Origin: Felis catus
Taxonomy: Eukaryota
Assembly (NCBI RefSeq): GCF_018350175.1
Contig: NC_058373.1
Location: forward strand, 106,270,001 to 106,334,000
Length of the DNA: 64,000 bases
Direction of reading: 5' to 3'
The translations under genes were made by a program, and so were the position numbers. Of the stretch, positions 1-35,645 are shown piece by piece. The notes beneath the pieces are model-generated. The model searched no databases. It saw only the letters and a list, made by a program, of their open reading frames with translations, and was not told where the DNA came from. Position 1 is the first letter of the stretch. Every line of letters starts with the position of its first letter.

Positions 1-2010
1 GTTTCCAACTTCCTGTGTGCTGAAAACTAGCTGAATGGTGAAGAAAGACCATACTCGGTTAGAAATGTAGGCACAGGATTTGCCTTTATTATGCAAACAC
101 ATCATGCTGGACATCAATAATAATAATGAATAAGGTTTAAACTATCAATGCTTCCTGTGGACTTGTGGAGCATTTATGTTCTCTCAACTGTCCACACACA
201 GAATTTTAACTCCTGTTTGAGTGATTTGTTTTTCCTCAATATTTGGACCTCAAAACATGTAACAAGCTTGGAAATTAAAGACTTTATGGGGGAAAAATAA
301 AGTTTATTGATTAATAGGAAGATGAGTTTGTGCAAATTATTTTAGTTCATTGTATAATTTATTCTTAAAGAATCTTATGGACTATTATAAAACAACACTG
401 TTTGACTCTTCAAATCTACCAACCAAGATTTAGGTGCCTTTTCTCACTTCCATAAATTGAGTAAATGAACTAAAGGAGAAAACAGAAAGAACGTAAGAAT
501 TTTCTTTTAATTTGCTTGGTAGTAAAGAAAAACGGTATAGTTTTATTAGTAACAAAGGGGGTAACTGAAATCTTCAATCACCAAATTTACCAAATGCACT
601 TTTCCTCACAGAGATTCCATATGAATGAAAACTCTTGAAAAGCTGGGATAAAAAAAAAAATGATGAGCCATTAAAAGTAGAAGATCAATGAATCCCCATT
701 TCATTCTTGAATGTATATTTAAAACAAATTAGCTAACATGAAGACTACTTATCAATAAAACTTCATCAGTATAGCAAGTTTTTAAATCATAACTCCTAGA
801 AATAACTGAAGACCTGATCTGTATCTTCCTCTATGATTATTTGCCTAGTTTTTCTTCAAAATATGCATGAACTAAAACTATTGAATCACTTTCAAAGAAA
901 AAGATTTTTTTATTCTGAGTTTTAGTTGTAGTATGACTTGAGCTTTCATACTTCTTTTTAAAAAATTATTTATTTTTAAGTAAACTCTTTGCCCAACATG
1001 GACTCAAACTCACAACCCCAAGATCAAGAGTCACAGGCTCCACTGACTGAACCAGCCAGGCACCCCAAGATTTTATATTTTTAAATCTGGTACTGAGTGC
1101 AAAGATTATTGCCTATTTTATGGCCTGACGATGGTAGAATAGCACTGTACTGTTGGCAACCGCTGTTTTAGAAAACATATAAATCACAAAACATTTAATC
1201 CTACATAGAAATAAGCTATATTATAATGAGATTACACATGGGAAGTTACTTGCCTTTTGGGGAACCTACTAAGTCCAAAATTTGTCTTTTAAACTGCCAG
1301 CAGAATCTAGGGGAAGGCCTGGAAGCCATATTTGTACTACAAGACCCCACTCTTCCTGGTCAGAGCTGAGCCAAACACTTTCTGATGGCAAAAAAAAAAA
1401 AAAAAAATCTGGGAATTCTCCTGGGAGAAGTCTGTGGGCCAATCTCTAAAGATAGATGGACCTGTGACAGGTAACCTTTGAGGGTTTGGAATGGCCATGT
1501 TTAGCCATGGGCTCCCCAAGGAGAGAACATAGTATGTAGATAGAGAATGAAACATGGTTCCCAAAAGGAAGCAGAGACTGTTCCTTGGGATGGACAGATT
1601 TCCTTAAGTTTATGGTTCTAGTTCCATGGGTTTTGCCCTGAAATATCCTTGTATTTTTTTCAATAAGTTCTGTAAGTCCCCCTTGACTAAGAACCACAAC
1701 TATCATAGCAAGGGTAGGTGAACCTACAGGAGGTTCCACTAATGCCTTCCCCTGGGGGCATATTTGTTTGTAGGGAATCAGGAACTAAAGTGGGGACAAT
1801 TCATACAGGATTGTATCCTCCTCAATTTTTTTCTCTTGATCATGTGGAAGACTGGTTAATTTCCAAACGAAGAGGTGGTTTTATAAAGCTGACAATTGCA
1901 AATTTTAGTAAATTAAGAGAATATAGTTCTCAATCTAATATTAAAAAATTTTTTTAATGAAAAAATATAACATCTAGAAACGTTTTAGTAAAAATAAAGC
2001 ATTGAACTTA

Positions 2011-23960
<21,950 letters not shown>

Positions 23961-25177
23961 CCTCCTTCAGTTTGCATTTCTTTAGCCTGGGTCCCGGATT
24001 TCTCTTGGGCCACTGGAATCATACTAACGATCACTTTTGAACACACTTCTGCGTCAGGTACTACAGGATGAGCTTTCTGGACAGCAGCTGGTTTAATTTT
24101 CACAAAGGCTTTGTGAGGCAGGTTCAAGTACGATCTCCCCTTTTACAGTCGAGGAAACAGGCAGGGGTGACTAAGTGATCTGCCCAGGGTGACAGAACAT
24201 AATTTTGGATTTAAAGTGGAGTCTATGTAAATCTCTCCACTATGCTGCCAAAACCCTCTTCTAGAACCTTCCCTGTATCTTCTGGTCTCTCACTGAGCAC
24301 ATTTTTACGTTGAATCAGTGATTCCCCTCTGTCTTCTTGTCAAACGATGAGCTCTTGGAGGCAGGGATATTATTTCTTTTTCTCCGCACCTCGAAAATTC
24401 TGCCCAGTGCCAGGCTCAGACTGAGGGCCACTGTTAGTTCTCCTTTCCTCTGATTGGTGAGAAATCAGCAAAGATGCTTTAATCCTCCTCTTATAACTTT
24501 ACAGATGGCAAAATCAAAAGGATAGTAACAATGACAACAGGCATCATTTGTTAAATGCTTACTACGTTCAGGCACCTCCTAAGTCCTTTACAGTAACCCA
24601 TTTAACGTTTAAGATATCTTCTGAGCTAGGTATTATTTCCCACTTTCAAAGGACGACACTGAGCCTATGCCCTGAGTCACTATGCTATACTGCCTTGGAG
24701 AAGACGTGGCACACCAATAACAAAACTAGTTCCAGAATCCAGACTCCTTCCAGGGAGAGCCATATCCTGGCCGTGAACACTCTCCTGGGTCCCCTCTTCT
24801 GCTAGACTTGGTCTATTGGCATTCAGATCTCTCCCTGCTTTTCTGTGCACCCCTCTGTGTGGCAGGGGCCAAAACCTGGAAACTACATTTCTCAAATACT
24901 CTTGCCAGATGGTTTCCTACGGTCCACCAACAGGGGACACTAGTGGGACGTTAGCGGGCTGGAAGCCATTCTCCAGGAGTGGCAGTTTCAGACCACCATA
25001 GTTGAGTGCAAGTCCCAGCCGTTTTGGTGGCTGCAGAGATGGCAGGAGTGGGAGCCGCTGCCTCCTGCAGTCTGCAACTGCTCGGCAGTCAGCGTGGGTG
25101 TGTGGGCATGGTGCAGGGCTGTGGCAGCTCTGTGGGTTCTTTATGTCCCCTTGGGTTCCTACAGACCTGTAGCTCGC

Positions 25178-25179
<2 letters not shown>

Positions 25180-25245
<66 letters not shown>

Positions 25246-25246
25246 T
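25180..25246. repeat. (CTTT)n microsatellite in an antisense SINE tail
   Basis: Perfect tetranucleotide run adjoining the SINE at about 25247-25450. Confidence 0.95.
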
Positions 25247-26727
25247 TAGAGAGAGGGTGCAAGTGAGCGAGGGGCAGAGAGAGAGAGAGAAGTGGGACTC
25301 ACCCAGTGGTCATACTTTACCCGGAGCAGGGCTTGTGCTCACCCTAAACGGGGGACAAGCTCGCCTGATGTGGGACTTGAACTCACCAACTGTGAGATCA
25401 TGACCTGAGCCAAAGTCAGATGCTCAATGACGGAGCCACCCAGGCACCCTAAATTCCTCTATCCTTGAGCTACCTAGACTGGACCATCCCAAGCCAACCT
25501 TTATGCTGTTACCAGAATGTTCTTTCTACTACCTCATTTGGACCACATTGCTCTCATTGTCTATGAATGAGGACAATCCCTAAGGGGGCATTCAGTGCCC
25601 CCTTCCGCCCTTACTGGATTTTTTTTTTTTTTTTAGATTTTATGACATTTTATGTCTATTTCCTTCTTGTTCCTATTCTTTTTCCTGAACATGCTTTCTG
25701 AGGTATTTCCAGCTTCTACTTTGACTCATAGTTCCTTTTATGTGGGATGACCTTTACAAAATCCAAACCATCCTTTTCAAAAGGAACTTTATTAATCCCC
25801 AAATAGAAATCTGGGCAAACAACATGAACAAGCACTTCATAAAAGAAAAAAAAAATCCCATATTGAAAGAACATTTAAAGAAATTAGCAGTCAAAGAAAA
25901 AATAATGCACCCATTTTCCTCATCGTATTGTTAAGATTAAAAAGAATAGTAATTCAAAATGTTGACACTAGGAGTGTGAATAGTATACTATACCTTGTCC
26001 TCCAGACAATTTGGAAATACACATAAGAAGACTTAGCATATAGCAATACTTCTAAGAACTGTTTCTTAAAAAATCATTACAGGTGTATCCACAGACACTA
26101 GCATGATCTTATTTCAGTTCTATTTTAAATAGTAAAATATTACAAAGAGCCAAAATGGTTTATGGTAGGACATTGGTTTTATTTTTTATTTATAATTTTT
26201 TTCAAACGTTTATTTATTTTTGAGAGAGAGAGAAAGAGCATGAGCAGGGGAGGTGCAGAGAGAGAGAGAACAGAGGATCCAAAGTGGGCTCTGTGCTGAC
26301 AGCAGTGAGCCTGATGTGGGGCTCGAACTCAGGAGCCATGAGATCATAATCTGAGCTGAAGTCAGACGCTTAACGAACTGAGCCACCCAGGTGCCCTGGG
26401 ACACTGGTTTTAAATAATCCAAGGGACAGCTGTGTGGCATATCCTGCGAGAGGCAGGCCACCCTGTAGTTCAGAGCATGTTATGAGGTAAAGTGAGAACT
26501 ACCACTAACCAGATGAGTCTCTCTTGAGCAACTTCATCTCTCTATGGATGCCCTCCAGGGTCCTGGTTCTGAAGGGATGGTGGTGGTTATAATAGTTCTT
26601 AGTCCACGGGATTGTTGTAAGGATTAAATTATGTCAGCATTTAATGCTGTGTTCAACACATGGTATATACTCAAAAAACACTAATGGTAAAATAATAATG
26701 TGGTAGCTATTAAAAATAACGGGTAGA

Positions 26728-26733
<6 letters not shown>

Positions 26734-26772
<39 letters not shown>
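26734..26772. repeat. (CA)n microsatellite
   Basis: Perfect dinucleotide run. Confidence 0.95.
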
Positions 26773-26776
<4 letters not shown>

Positions 26777-26964
26777 CCCATGAGGTTAAGTGGAAAAAGC
26801 AAGTAGCAAAAGAGAGGTGTCATATTCAATTTTTATATATCCATATAAATGAATACAATGTATACAGGTATATATCTCTATATGCATATGCATGGGACAT
26901 GGTCTGGAAAGAATTATTCAGTAAAACGTTCAATGTGGTTATTCCTGGTTAGTAAAATTATGGG

Positions 26965-27443
26965 TGTGGTAGGTAAAATAATGACTCCCCCAAACGTCCT
27001 AATCCCTGGAACCTCTGACTCTGTTATGTTACATGGTAAGGGGTAATTAAAGCTGCAGATGGAATTAGGGGTTATAATCAGTAGACCTTGAGATAGGGAA
27101 AGTATTCTAGATTATCCAGATGGGCCCAGTGTAACCACAAGAGTCCCTAGAAATGGAAGGAGGGAGACAGGAGAATCAGTGTCAGAGTTAGAGATTTAAC
27201 GACACTGCCTTGCTGCCTTTAAAGATGGATGAAGGGCCACGGGCCAAGGAATGCAGGTGGCCTCTAGAAAGTGGAAAAGGAAAGGAAAGAGATTCTCCCT
27301 TTAAATTTCCAGAAGAAACATAGCCCCGCAGACCCCTTGACATTTAGCCCAGTGAGACTTCTAAAGTCCAGAAGTGTAAGATAGTAAATCTGTGTTGTAT
27401 TAAGCCATTAAATTTGTTACAGCAGCCATAGGAAACTAATCCA
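26965..27443 (+). mobile_element. MaLR solo LTR (MLT1D-like)
   Basis: tgtggtaggtaaaataatg...gttacatggtaaggg...gcagccataggaaactaat MLT1 pattern. Confidence 0.75.
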
Positions 27444-27838
27444 TTGGGTAATGTGAACTTTTTTCTTCACAGTATTTCTGTATTTAAATATTTTTCCATA
27501 AGCATGTATACCTTTGTAGTTAGAAAAAAAGTAAAGCTTTTTAAAATAAAAACATAAAGAAAACATATGCTTAATATAATTGTCTAAAAATTTTTTTTGA
27601 TCCTTCAGTAGCTATAGATGCTGTTCACTGAGTCAAAAGCCACACCTCACTTCTCTTATGCATGTTTTTTACTTCAGTAATACAGATAGATTTATGTTTC
27701 ACTTAATATTTTTTAAGTTTATTTATTTATTTTTTTTAGTAATTTCTATACCCAGTATTGGGCTCAAACTCATGACCCAGAGATCAAGAGTTGCATGCTC
27801 TTCCAAGTTGAGCTAGTCAGGTGCCCCTGTTCCAGTTA

Positions 27839-28671
27839 TTTTTTTTTTCAAATTTTTGTTTATATTCTAGTTAGTTAACATATAGTCTAATCCTGGTTTC
27901 AGGAGCAGAATTTAGTGATTCATCACTTACATATAATACCCGGTGCTCATCATAACAAGTGGGCTCCTTCATACCCATCACCCATTTAGCTCATCCCCAC
28001 TCACATCCCTCCATCAACCATCAGTTTGTGTTTGTTCTCTATTATTAAGAATCTCTTATGGTTTTCTTCCCTCTCTCTTTTTGCCCTTCCCCATGTTCAT
28101 TTGTTTTGTTTCTTAAATTCCATATATGACTGAAATCATATGATATTTGTCTTTCTCTAACTGACTTAGTTCACTTAGCATAATACATTCTACTTCCATC
28201 CATGCTATTGCAAATGGCAAGATTTCATTCTTTTTTTTATCACCGAGTAGTATTCCATTGTATATATGAACCACATCTTTATCCATTTATCGGTTGATGG
28301 ACATTTGGGTTCTTTCCATAGTTTGGCTGTTGTTGATAATGCTTCTATAAACATTGGAGTGCATGTGCCCCTTTTAATCTGTATTTTTGTATCCTTTGGA
28401 TTAATACCTGGCAGTGCAGTTGCTGGGTTGTAGGGTAGTTCTATTTTTAACTTTTTGAGGAACCTCCATAATGTTCTCCAGAGTGGCTGCACCAGTTTGC
28501 CTTCCCAACAACAGTGTAAGACAGTTGCCCTTTCTCTGCACCCTCACCAGCATCTGTTGTCTCCTGTGTTGTTAATTTTAGCCATTCTGACAGGTCAGGT
28601 GGTATCTCACTGTGGCTAACAGACACATGAGAAGATGCTCCCCATCACTCATCATCAGGGAAATACTAATC
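27839..28671 (-). mobile_element. 5'-truncated carnivore L1 with short 5' inversion
   Basis: ORF2 C-terminal peptide on the minus strand; T-tract at left; opposite-orientation L1 segment 28613-28671; TSD TCCAGTTA. Confidence 0.88.
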
Positions 28672-29751
28672 CAGTTAATATTTTTAAGGCAGACTTTTGC
28701 TCGGTAGCCAGGACCACATATTAGAATTCCCCAGTCCTATGCTGAAATTGATTTTTATTTATGGCTAACAAGTTGTTTCTGTTTACCTTTCACTGCTAAC
28801 AGGGCCAAGAGAACCCAACTGCTGCCTGGAGTTTGACCCCTCAGTTGCATAGGAATATATATCCCCCTGTATTTAGGCTCATTGCAATTTCTGCAGTATC
28901 CGATGTTTACATGCTCTTTGAGGATGATACCTCAAATTCTTAATTGTGTTTCTAGACCCTGGGTTAGACCTGGCCCACATACCATTCTTGGTAGATGTCT
29001 CAAGCATCTCACATTTGGAAAGTGGTTGCATGTTGTAGGGCTTGCATGCAACATCTCACATCTGGAAAGCGTTGTATGTTTAGTCTACCAAGATCCTTGA
29101 CGGTTCAGTACTGGACCATGCTCAAATCCTTGAGAAGTGAGACTTCTAGCAAACCGAGTCTCTGTCGTCCTCACTCTTAATGTTACCAGTGCCAAATGCA
29201 GGGCCTAATATCTGGCACATGGCCTTGCCTCCCCATCAGTGGTTGGTCAATAGGATCTCTTTATCAGTTTATCTCTTTATCAGCTAACGATCATGCCATC
29301 ATTAGCATGTTGTCTTTCATGGTCAGGCTTGTTGCTTCATGGTCACAGATGGCTATTGTAACCCCAGACATCATGCCCTTGTACAAATCAGGAAGAAGTG
29401 GAAAGGGGCCACATGTAGAAGCCCCTCTTCTCTTTCACCAGGGAAGGAAATCTTCCCAGCTTCCTTCCAACACACTTATGTCTCAATAGCCAGAGCTGGG
29501 TCACAAGGTCACCCACAAAAGGGACGTTTACAACCGTGAGTGTCTGGATTTCCAGCTTCTGTGGAGTTGGCAAGAGAAGAGGTTTCCAAATAGCTAGAGG
29601 ATTACCAATGGAATGTCACCCATACATGGGTTCTCCAGACTAATATTTATCATCTGTAACATCAGGCCCAAACCAGTTGGTTGGGTGGGCCTTTTCTAGG
29701 GTTTGCAAGGGAATCAGTGAAGCTTCTAGGATTGAATAGAAAGGATGTCTT

Positions 29752-31080
29752 GGGGGCGCCTGGGTGGCTCAGTAGGTTAAGCGTCCAATTTTGGCTCAGG
29801 TCATGATCTCGCGGTTCGTGAGTTCAAGCCCCACGTCAGGCTCTGTGCTGACAGTTCAGAGCCTGGAGCCTGCTTCAGATTCTGTGTCTCCCTCTCTCTC
29901 TGCCCTTCCTCTACTTTTGCTGTCTCTTTCTTTCAAAAATAAGTAAACGTTAAAAAAAAAGAAAAAAAGAAAGCATGTCTTGGTTCTCCCCTATATTGGT
30001 AGGATCTCCCCCATTTAAGCCTTCACATTGATTTTATGCCTAGGTAAGCAAGATGGTTATACATTAAACAAAGATTCCCTACCCCTTGGACTTCTCGAAG
30101 CTTCTAAAGTGCTTATCTCAAAGTTAGGCTATAATTCTCAGCTTCAGTGACTCCATCACACAGTCATTTGTGGCAAAATGGTAGGAAGAGCAAGTCCGCT
30201 AGTTAATGCCTGATTGTTAGAGAAGGAAACAGATAGATTAGTGCCCCCTGATGGGAGTTATGCCAAACCAGGAAAACAAGGCATTACCAAAGAAGGGTAG
30301 ACTATGTTGGTGTTTGGAGCAGCACGTGATTAAGAGTTCTCCTTTTCAGGGGCACCTGGGTGGCTTAGTTGGTTAAATATCCAACTCTTGATTTTGGCTC
30401 AGGTCATGATCTTGTGGTTCATTGGATCAAGCCTCACCTTTGGTTGTGTGCTAACATCAGAGATGCTTGGGATTCTCTCTCTCCCTCTCTTTCTCTGCTC
30501 CTCCCCCACTTGCACTTGCATTCACTCTTTCTAACAAATATATATATATATATATATATATTTTAAAAAGAGTTCTTTTCGACTTTGTCTCTTGACTACT
30601 TGTTTTCATCCATCATTGGCAATTTCTTAGGGCTAGACAGATTTGGATCAAATAGTGATGGCATCATTTGCTAGTGATTTTAGATTGGCTTGGGTAGTTT
30701 AACCTCTTAGTCTCCATTCTTCATTTGAAAAATGGGATTTTACACACTGGGATTCTGAAGCTTAAGCAGAATAATGATGTCCTCACCACAGACCCCATGC
30801 TATTTCCTATCTTTTCTTTCCGCTAAATGGAAAATAAAAAACATTTCTTCTGGGGGTGCCTGGGTGGCTCAGTTGGTTGAGTGTCCGGCTCAGATCACGA
30901 TCTCACAGCTCGTGAGTTCGAGCCCCGCGTCAGGCTCTGTGCTGACAGCTTGGAGCCTGGAGCCTGCTTCATATTCTGGGTCTCCCTCTCTCTCTCTGCC
31001 CTCTCCTGCTCACGCTGTCTCTCTCTGTCTCTCAAAAATAAATAAGATAAACATTAAAAAAAATTTTTTTTTAAAAACAA
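29752..31080 (+). mobile_element. Cluster of three CanSINEs (about 29752-29970, 30349-30570, 30852-31080)
   Basis: Each has the tRNA-derived head, CT tract and A-rich tail. Confidence 0.88.
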
Positions 31081-32558
31081 AACATTTCTTCTGAAATACA
31101 AATTCTAATGTCCTTTCTGTCCCCCCCACCTTCCTTAAACCTCTCGGTCATTCAAACATTAGTGAAAATTGTTGTAATTAAATCAAAAGTTGCTGTCCCA
31201 AAGGTGGGAAGTCGGTTTTGTTTCCATGTCCTGTCTATTGGATGGCAGGGACTGCCTGGCGTGCTCAGTTAGGGAGAGTTTTGAGGGCAAACATTGGCAC
31301 AAAGGGAAAGAGCCTGCCAGGCACCAGAGAAAGCCACGGTTGCACATGAGCCAACATCTGACTTATTGGTTCACGTGTTGATTGGGTGCTTGCTGTGTGC
31401 TGAACATTGTGCGAGCACTGGGCACATACAACAGAGGCCTATAGGTGGCATCGGGGAAGGCCTCTCTGAGGAACGGACACCTGAGCCATGAGAAGGAGCC
31501 GGATTTCTCTTGTTACTCTCCTAGCGAAGGAAAATCAGGGTTCGGAGAGAGAGAACACAAAAAGAGTACAGTGAAAGAAGAAGAGGAAGGTGAGAGAGTA
31601 GAGGTAGGAATCTGGAGATGTCAGCTGTCAATCTCACAAGGTCCTCCTTTCTTTTTGTTATGCCTAGAAGTTTACTTTCTCTGATGAATCCAGGTCAATT
31701 GGGCTTTGTCACATCCTAACACTCTCATCAGTGCTTTGACTAAACACATGGATAAGATCTGTCCTCTGTTCTCAAGAAAATGGCCCGGAAGTTAGGGGAA
31801 AAGGGTAGCTTTTGAAGTACAGTTCACAACCAAGTGTAATTCCTGTATGGTATAGGGTGGTATCACACCCCCAGAGCATTTTGTGCTTTTACAACAGGTG
31901 CATTTTATAACTGCTGCCATGAGTTATGTAGTTCTTTGTCATCATTCTCCAGGGCAATTATGATGATTATCTTATTTTTCAGAAAATCACACCAAGATGA
32001 GAGTCAATCATCTTGGGGATAACCTTGGGCCAATGACAGAACAATCCTTCTGACTCCAAGTCTGAGACACATTCAGCTCTACCAGAGCTGTTTTGTGACT
32101 CCCCAACCAGGGCAGGGAGCTGGGGCTGGGGTGGGGATGTCAGCAGAGTCACGGAGTGTGGCCAATGAGCATGGGGCGCATGGAGAGGAGAAGCAGGAGC
32201 CCGCCAGAAATTTGGGTGGTGATTTCACCGTAAAGGGCCTTGAGTTCTAAGCTCAGGAGTTTGGATTTTATGCTTCCGGCCCTGCTGCTGTGAGAATGTT
32301 GATGGAGAACAGATTAAGCTGCTCCCTGCTGGCAGCTGCTTGGTAGTTGTTTATTTTTTGCCTAAGGTAACATTTTATGGTATACAGAATGTCATTATTA
32401 ATTACAGGCATTGTGATATTTTCAAGTGAGCATCTAAAGAGTAATTAGAAAGTAAATTGGGCCTGAAACAACAATGCCATATTTAGCAAGAATGTCATTC
32501 TTCTCTGAAGTCCCTGATGTTTCAGGTGGCATCCTTATTTAGAAAGTTAGCAATGATT

Positions 32559-33096
32559 GGGGCACCTGGGTATCTCAGTCCGTTAAACGACTAACTCTTG
32601 ATTTCAGCTCAGGTCATGATCTCACGGTTTGTGGGTTCAAGCCCCATGTCAGGCTCTTTGCTGACAGTGTGAAGCCTGCTTCAGATTCTCTCTCCCTCTG
32701 TCTCCGCTCCTCCCCCACTCTCTCTGTCTTAAAAATCAGTAAACATTAAAAAAATCTTAGAAAGGCAGCAATGATGGTACGAATATAGCAATGAAGGTAG
32801 CACTTAGCATTTTTTCTAGATATTTCCAACACTCAAGATCTTTAAGTAGCAGTATTCTTATTTTCCTTATTTTAATCTATTTAATTTTTAGAAAAAAAAT
32901 TTTTAATGTTTATTTTTGAGGGAGAGAGAGCACAGGCTGGGGAGGGGCAGAGTGAGGGGGACACAGAATCCCAAGCAGACTCAGGCTCTGAGCTGTCAGC
33001 ACAGAGCCAGACACGGGCCTTGAACTCACAGATCATGAAATCATGACCTTGGAGCCGAAGTCGGTCGCTTCACTGACTGAGCCACCCAGATGCCCC
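32559..33096. mobile_element. Tail-to-tail CanSINE pair (32559-32755 +, 32898-33096 -)
   Basis: Sense and antisense SINE bodies about 140 nt apart. Confidence 0.88.
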
Positions 33097-34444
33097 AATG
33101 TAATTATTTTTAAAAAGTGTTTTAGATATGATGATTCATCTGGAGATGATTCAGTAAAGATCACTGGAGTAGGTAAGCTCTCCATTTGATTTAAAAATCT
33201 GTCCTCTCTCTCTTTTTTGTCTTTAGCAAATTTAGAAAATGTCAGATAACACTGGCTGACTGTTCTTTCCATATATGGCTGCAGATGAGATTTTCCAGAT
33301 TCACTTGGAAAATAAAAATATAAGTAAGTCATTCCAGCTTTCAATCCCATTCCTTCCCACCCCCTCAAGGACCTTTCTCAATCAGCTCCCCCTCACCTCA
33401 TGTGTTAGTCAGAACTCTTGCCCAGACATCTTACTAAACCCTTCTGCCACCCTCCCTCTCTGTTTCCCGTCATTACCAAACTTCTTGAGTGTGGTCTACA
33501 TCTGGGCAGTCGTGCATCCCTTCACCATGAATTCTGAATTGCCTCCTCATCTTCTAACAGCCTTTCCTCAAGCCCCATTCCCACCCATCTTCTTTCCTGA
33601 AGGATTCAATATCATTACCCACTTTCCCCAGACCTTCTCTAGAAATTCATTCCTCATTGGTTCTGACTATTCCCCCTTCACTTCCCCTCTCTCTGGCTTC
33701 TCGTCTTCTTCCTCCTGTTTGTTACAAGGGGGTGATCTGCCTGGGCTCCATCCTTGGTCTTCTCTTCATGCTCTCTGAACTCCTCCCTCTATGGAAATGA
33801 ATCTACACAAATAACTCTCAGGGTGTATCTCTTGCCCAACCTCTCCCGAAACTACTGGTCTTGTAGACTAAACATCTTCATCCGGCTGTGCTGCAGCATG
33901 TCGAAGTCAACCTGTTCAAGATCAAAGTCTTCACTGCAGGTGGTTTCTCTGCCTACTGAGATGCCAGCCCATCTCAGAGCTGTCTCATTCATAAATTCTT
34001 CCTTGATCCCAATAATCTCAGAGCCTCCAAAGCACTTTGTTCAAACTTTTCATGGATGGCAATTATCCTAGACTGAGTGGTCTTATAGTTTTCTGTGTAG
34101 TTTTTCTGTAGAGTTTATTACTAAATAGCTTGGTAACCTTTCTGCCTTAATTTTCTCATCTGTAAAATGGGGCCTTCATTGTAACGTACTCACGAGAATT
34201 AAGCAAATTAATATAAAGTGTTTAAAACAATGCCTGGAACAAAATGAGCCACTCCATAAATTTAGTTGTTGCTATTATCTCTATACTAAGAACTCTTTAA
34301 AAGAGAGGACTGTGTTTTACAACTCTTTGAATCTCTTGTAGCACTCAGCATAGCAATTCGCACATAACAGATGCTTAAGATATTACTGAAATGGATAATA
34401 GGAAAAGAGCCATGTATTCAGAATTTTTAAAAATATATAATTCA

Positions 34445-35645
34445 GGGGCACCTGGGTGGCTCAGTCGGTTGGGCGTCTGACTTCGGCTCAGGTCATGATC
34501 TCACAGTTTGTGAGTTTGAGCCCCGCGGCGGGCTCTGTGCTGACAGCTCAGAGCCTGGAGCCTGCTTCAATTCTGTGTTTCCCTCTCTCTCTGCCCCTAC
34601 CCTGCTTGTGCTCTCTGTCTCTCATAAATGAATAAAAGTTAAAAATTTAAAAAAATATATATATATACATATAATTCAAAATCTTTCGCAGTTCAGCATT
34701 TATTAGAAAAAAATACTAGAGGAAAAAGGCAACTTCCTCAGGGTCTCATACCACTTTTATATCCAGGCCAGTAGGGCAAGAACTGATATTCATGAAGACA
34801 TTAATGATCATTGCTATTACAAGACCCTGAAGGACATTTTGAATCACCAGATTCTAAGTCAATTGGTTCTAAGATTGGTTCCCAGTTAATTTTATTATAC
34901 CTAAATTATTATTCAATTTTTATTTAAAAATGGTAACTTGAGGCGCCTGCGTGGCTCAGTTGGTTAAGCTTCCGACTTCAGCTCAGGTCATGATCTCACA
35001 GTTTGTGAGTTCGAGCCCCGCGTCAGGCTCTGTGCTGACAGCTCAGAGCCTGGAGCCTGCTTCGGATTCTGTGTCTCTCTAACCCTCCCCACTTGAGCTC
35101 TGTCTCTCTCTCAAAAATAAATAAACATTTAAAGAAAAAATGGTAACTCTTACTTAACCATGATTTCACAGTGAAAGAAATTTCGGATTTCTCAGTTTTG
35201 CCAGATGAATGAGCTTCTGAAGTTGAAAAATGAATTGTCACAGCGGCTTGAGCTATGACGATTTCTTTTTCTGTTGCAATGTGGATGCGTGTTACGGTTT
35301 AGGATGAATGTGTGTGTAAAATTAAGTCACGGTATAGAGCTCTTTAAGATTTGTGCACTTTCTTTTTTGCCCCTGTTGATGGCAGGGTTGTTAGGTAATG
35401 CCTGAATAAGTACCTTCTTTATTTAAAAAAAATTTTTTTTCAACGTTTATTTATTTTGGGGACAGAGAGAGACAGAGCATGAACGGGGGAGGGGCAGAGA
35501 GAGAGGGAGACACAGAATCAGAAACAGGCTCCAGGCTCTGAGCCATCAGCCCAGAGCCCGACACGGGGCTCGAACTCACGGACCGCGAGATCGTGACCTG
35601 GCTGAAGTCGGACACTTAACCGACTGCGCCACCCAGGCGCCCCCC
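34445..35645. mobile_element. CanSINE cluster (34445-34670 +, 34940-35140 +, young copy 35418-35645 -)
   Basis: Recognisable SINE heads and tails. Confidence 0.88.

Noticed and set aside
29005..29080. CRISPR-like repeat-spacer-repeat
   Set aside because: Only two diverged units, in a mammalian genome, with no cas genes
33275..33778. 167-aa ORF, the longest in the track
   Set aside because: Pyrimidine-rich low-complexity sequence giving a Pro/Ser/Leu/Phe-biased peptide; no supporting gene features
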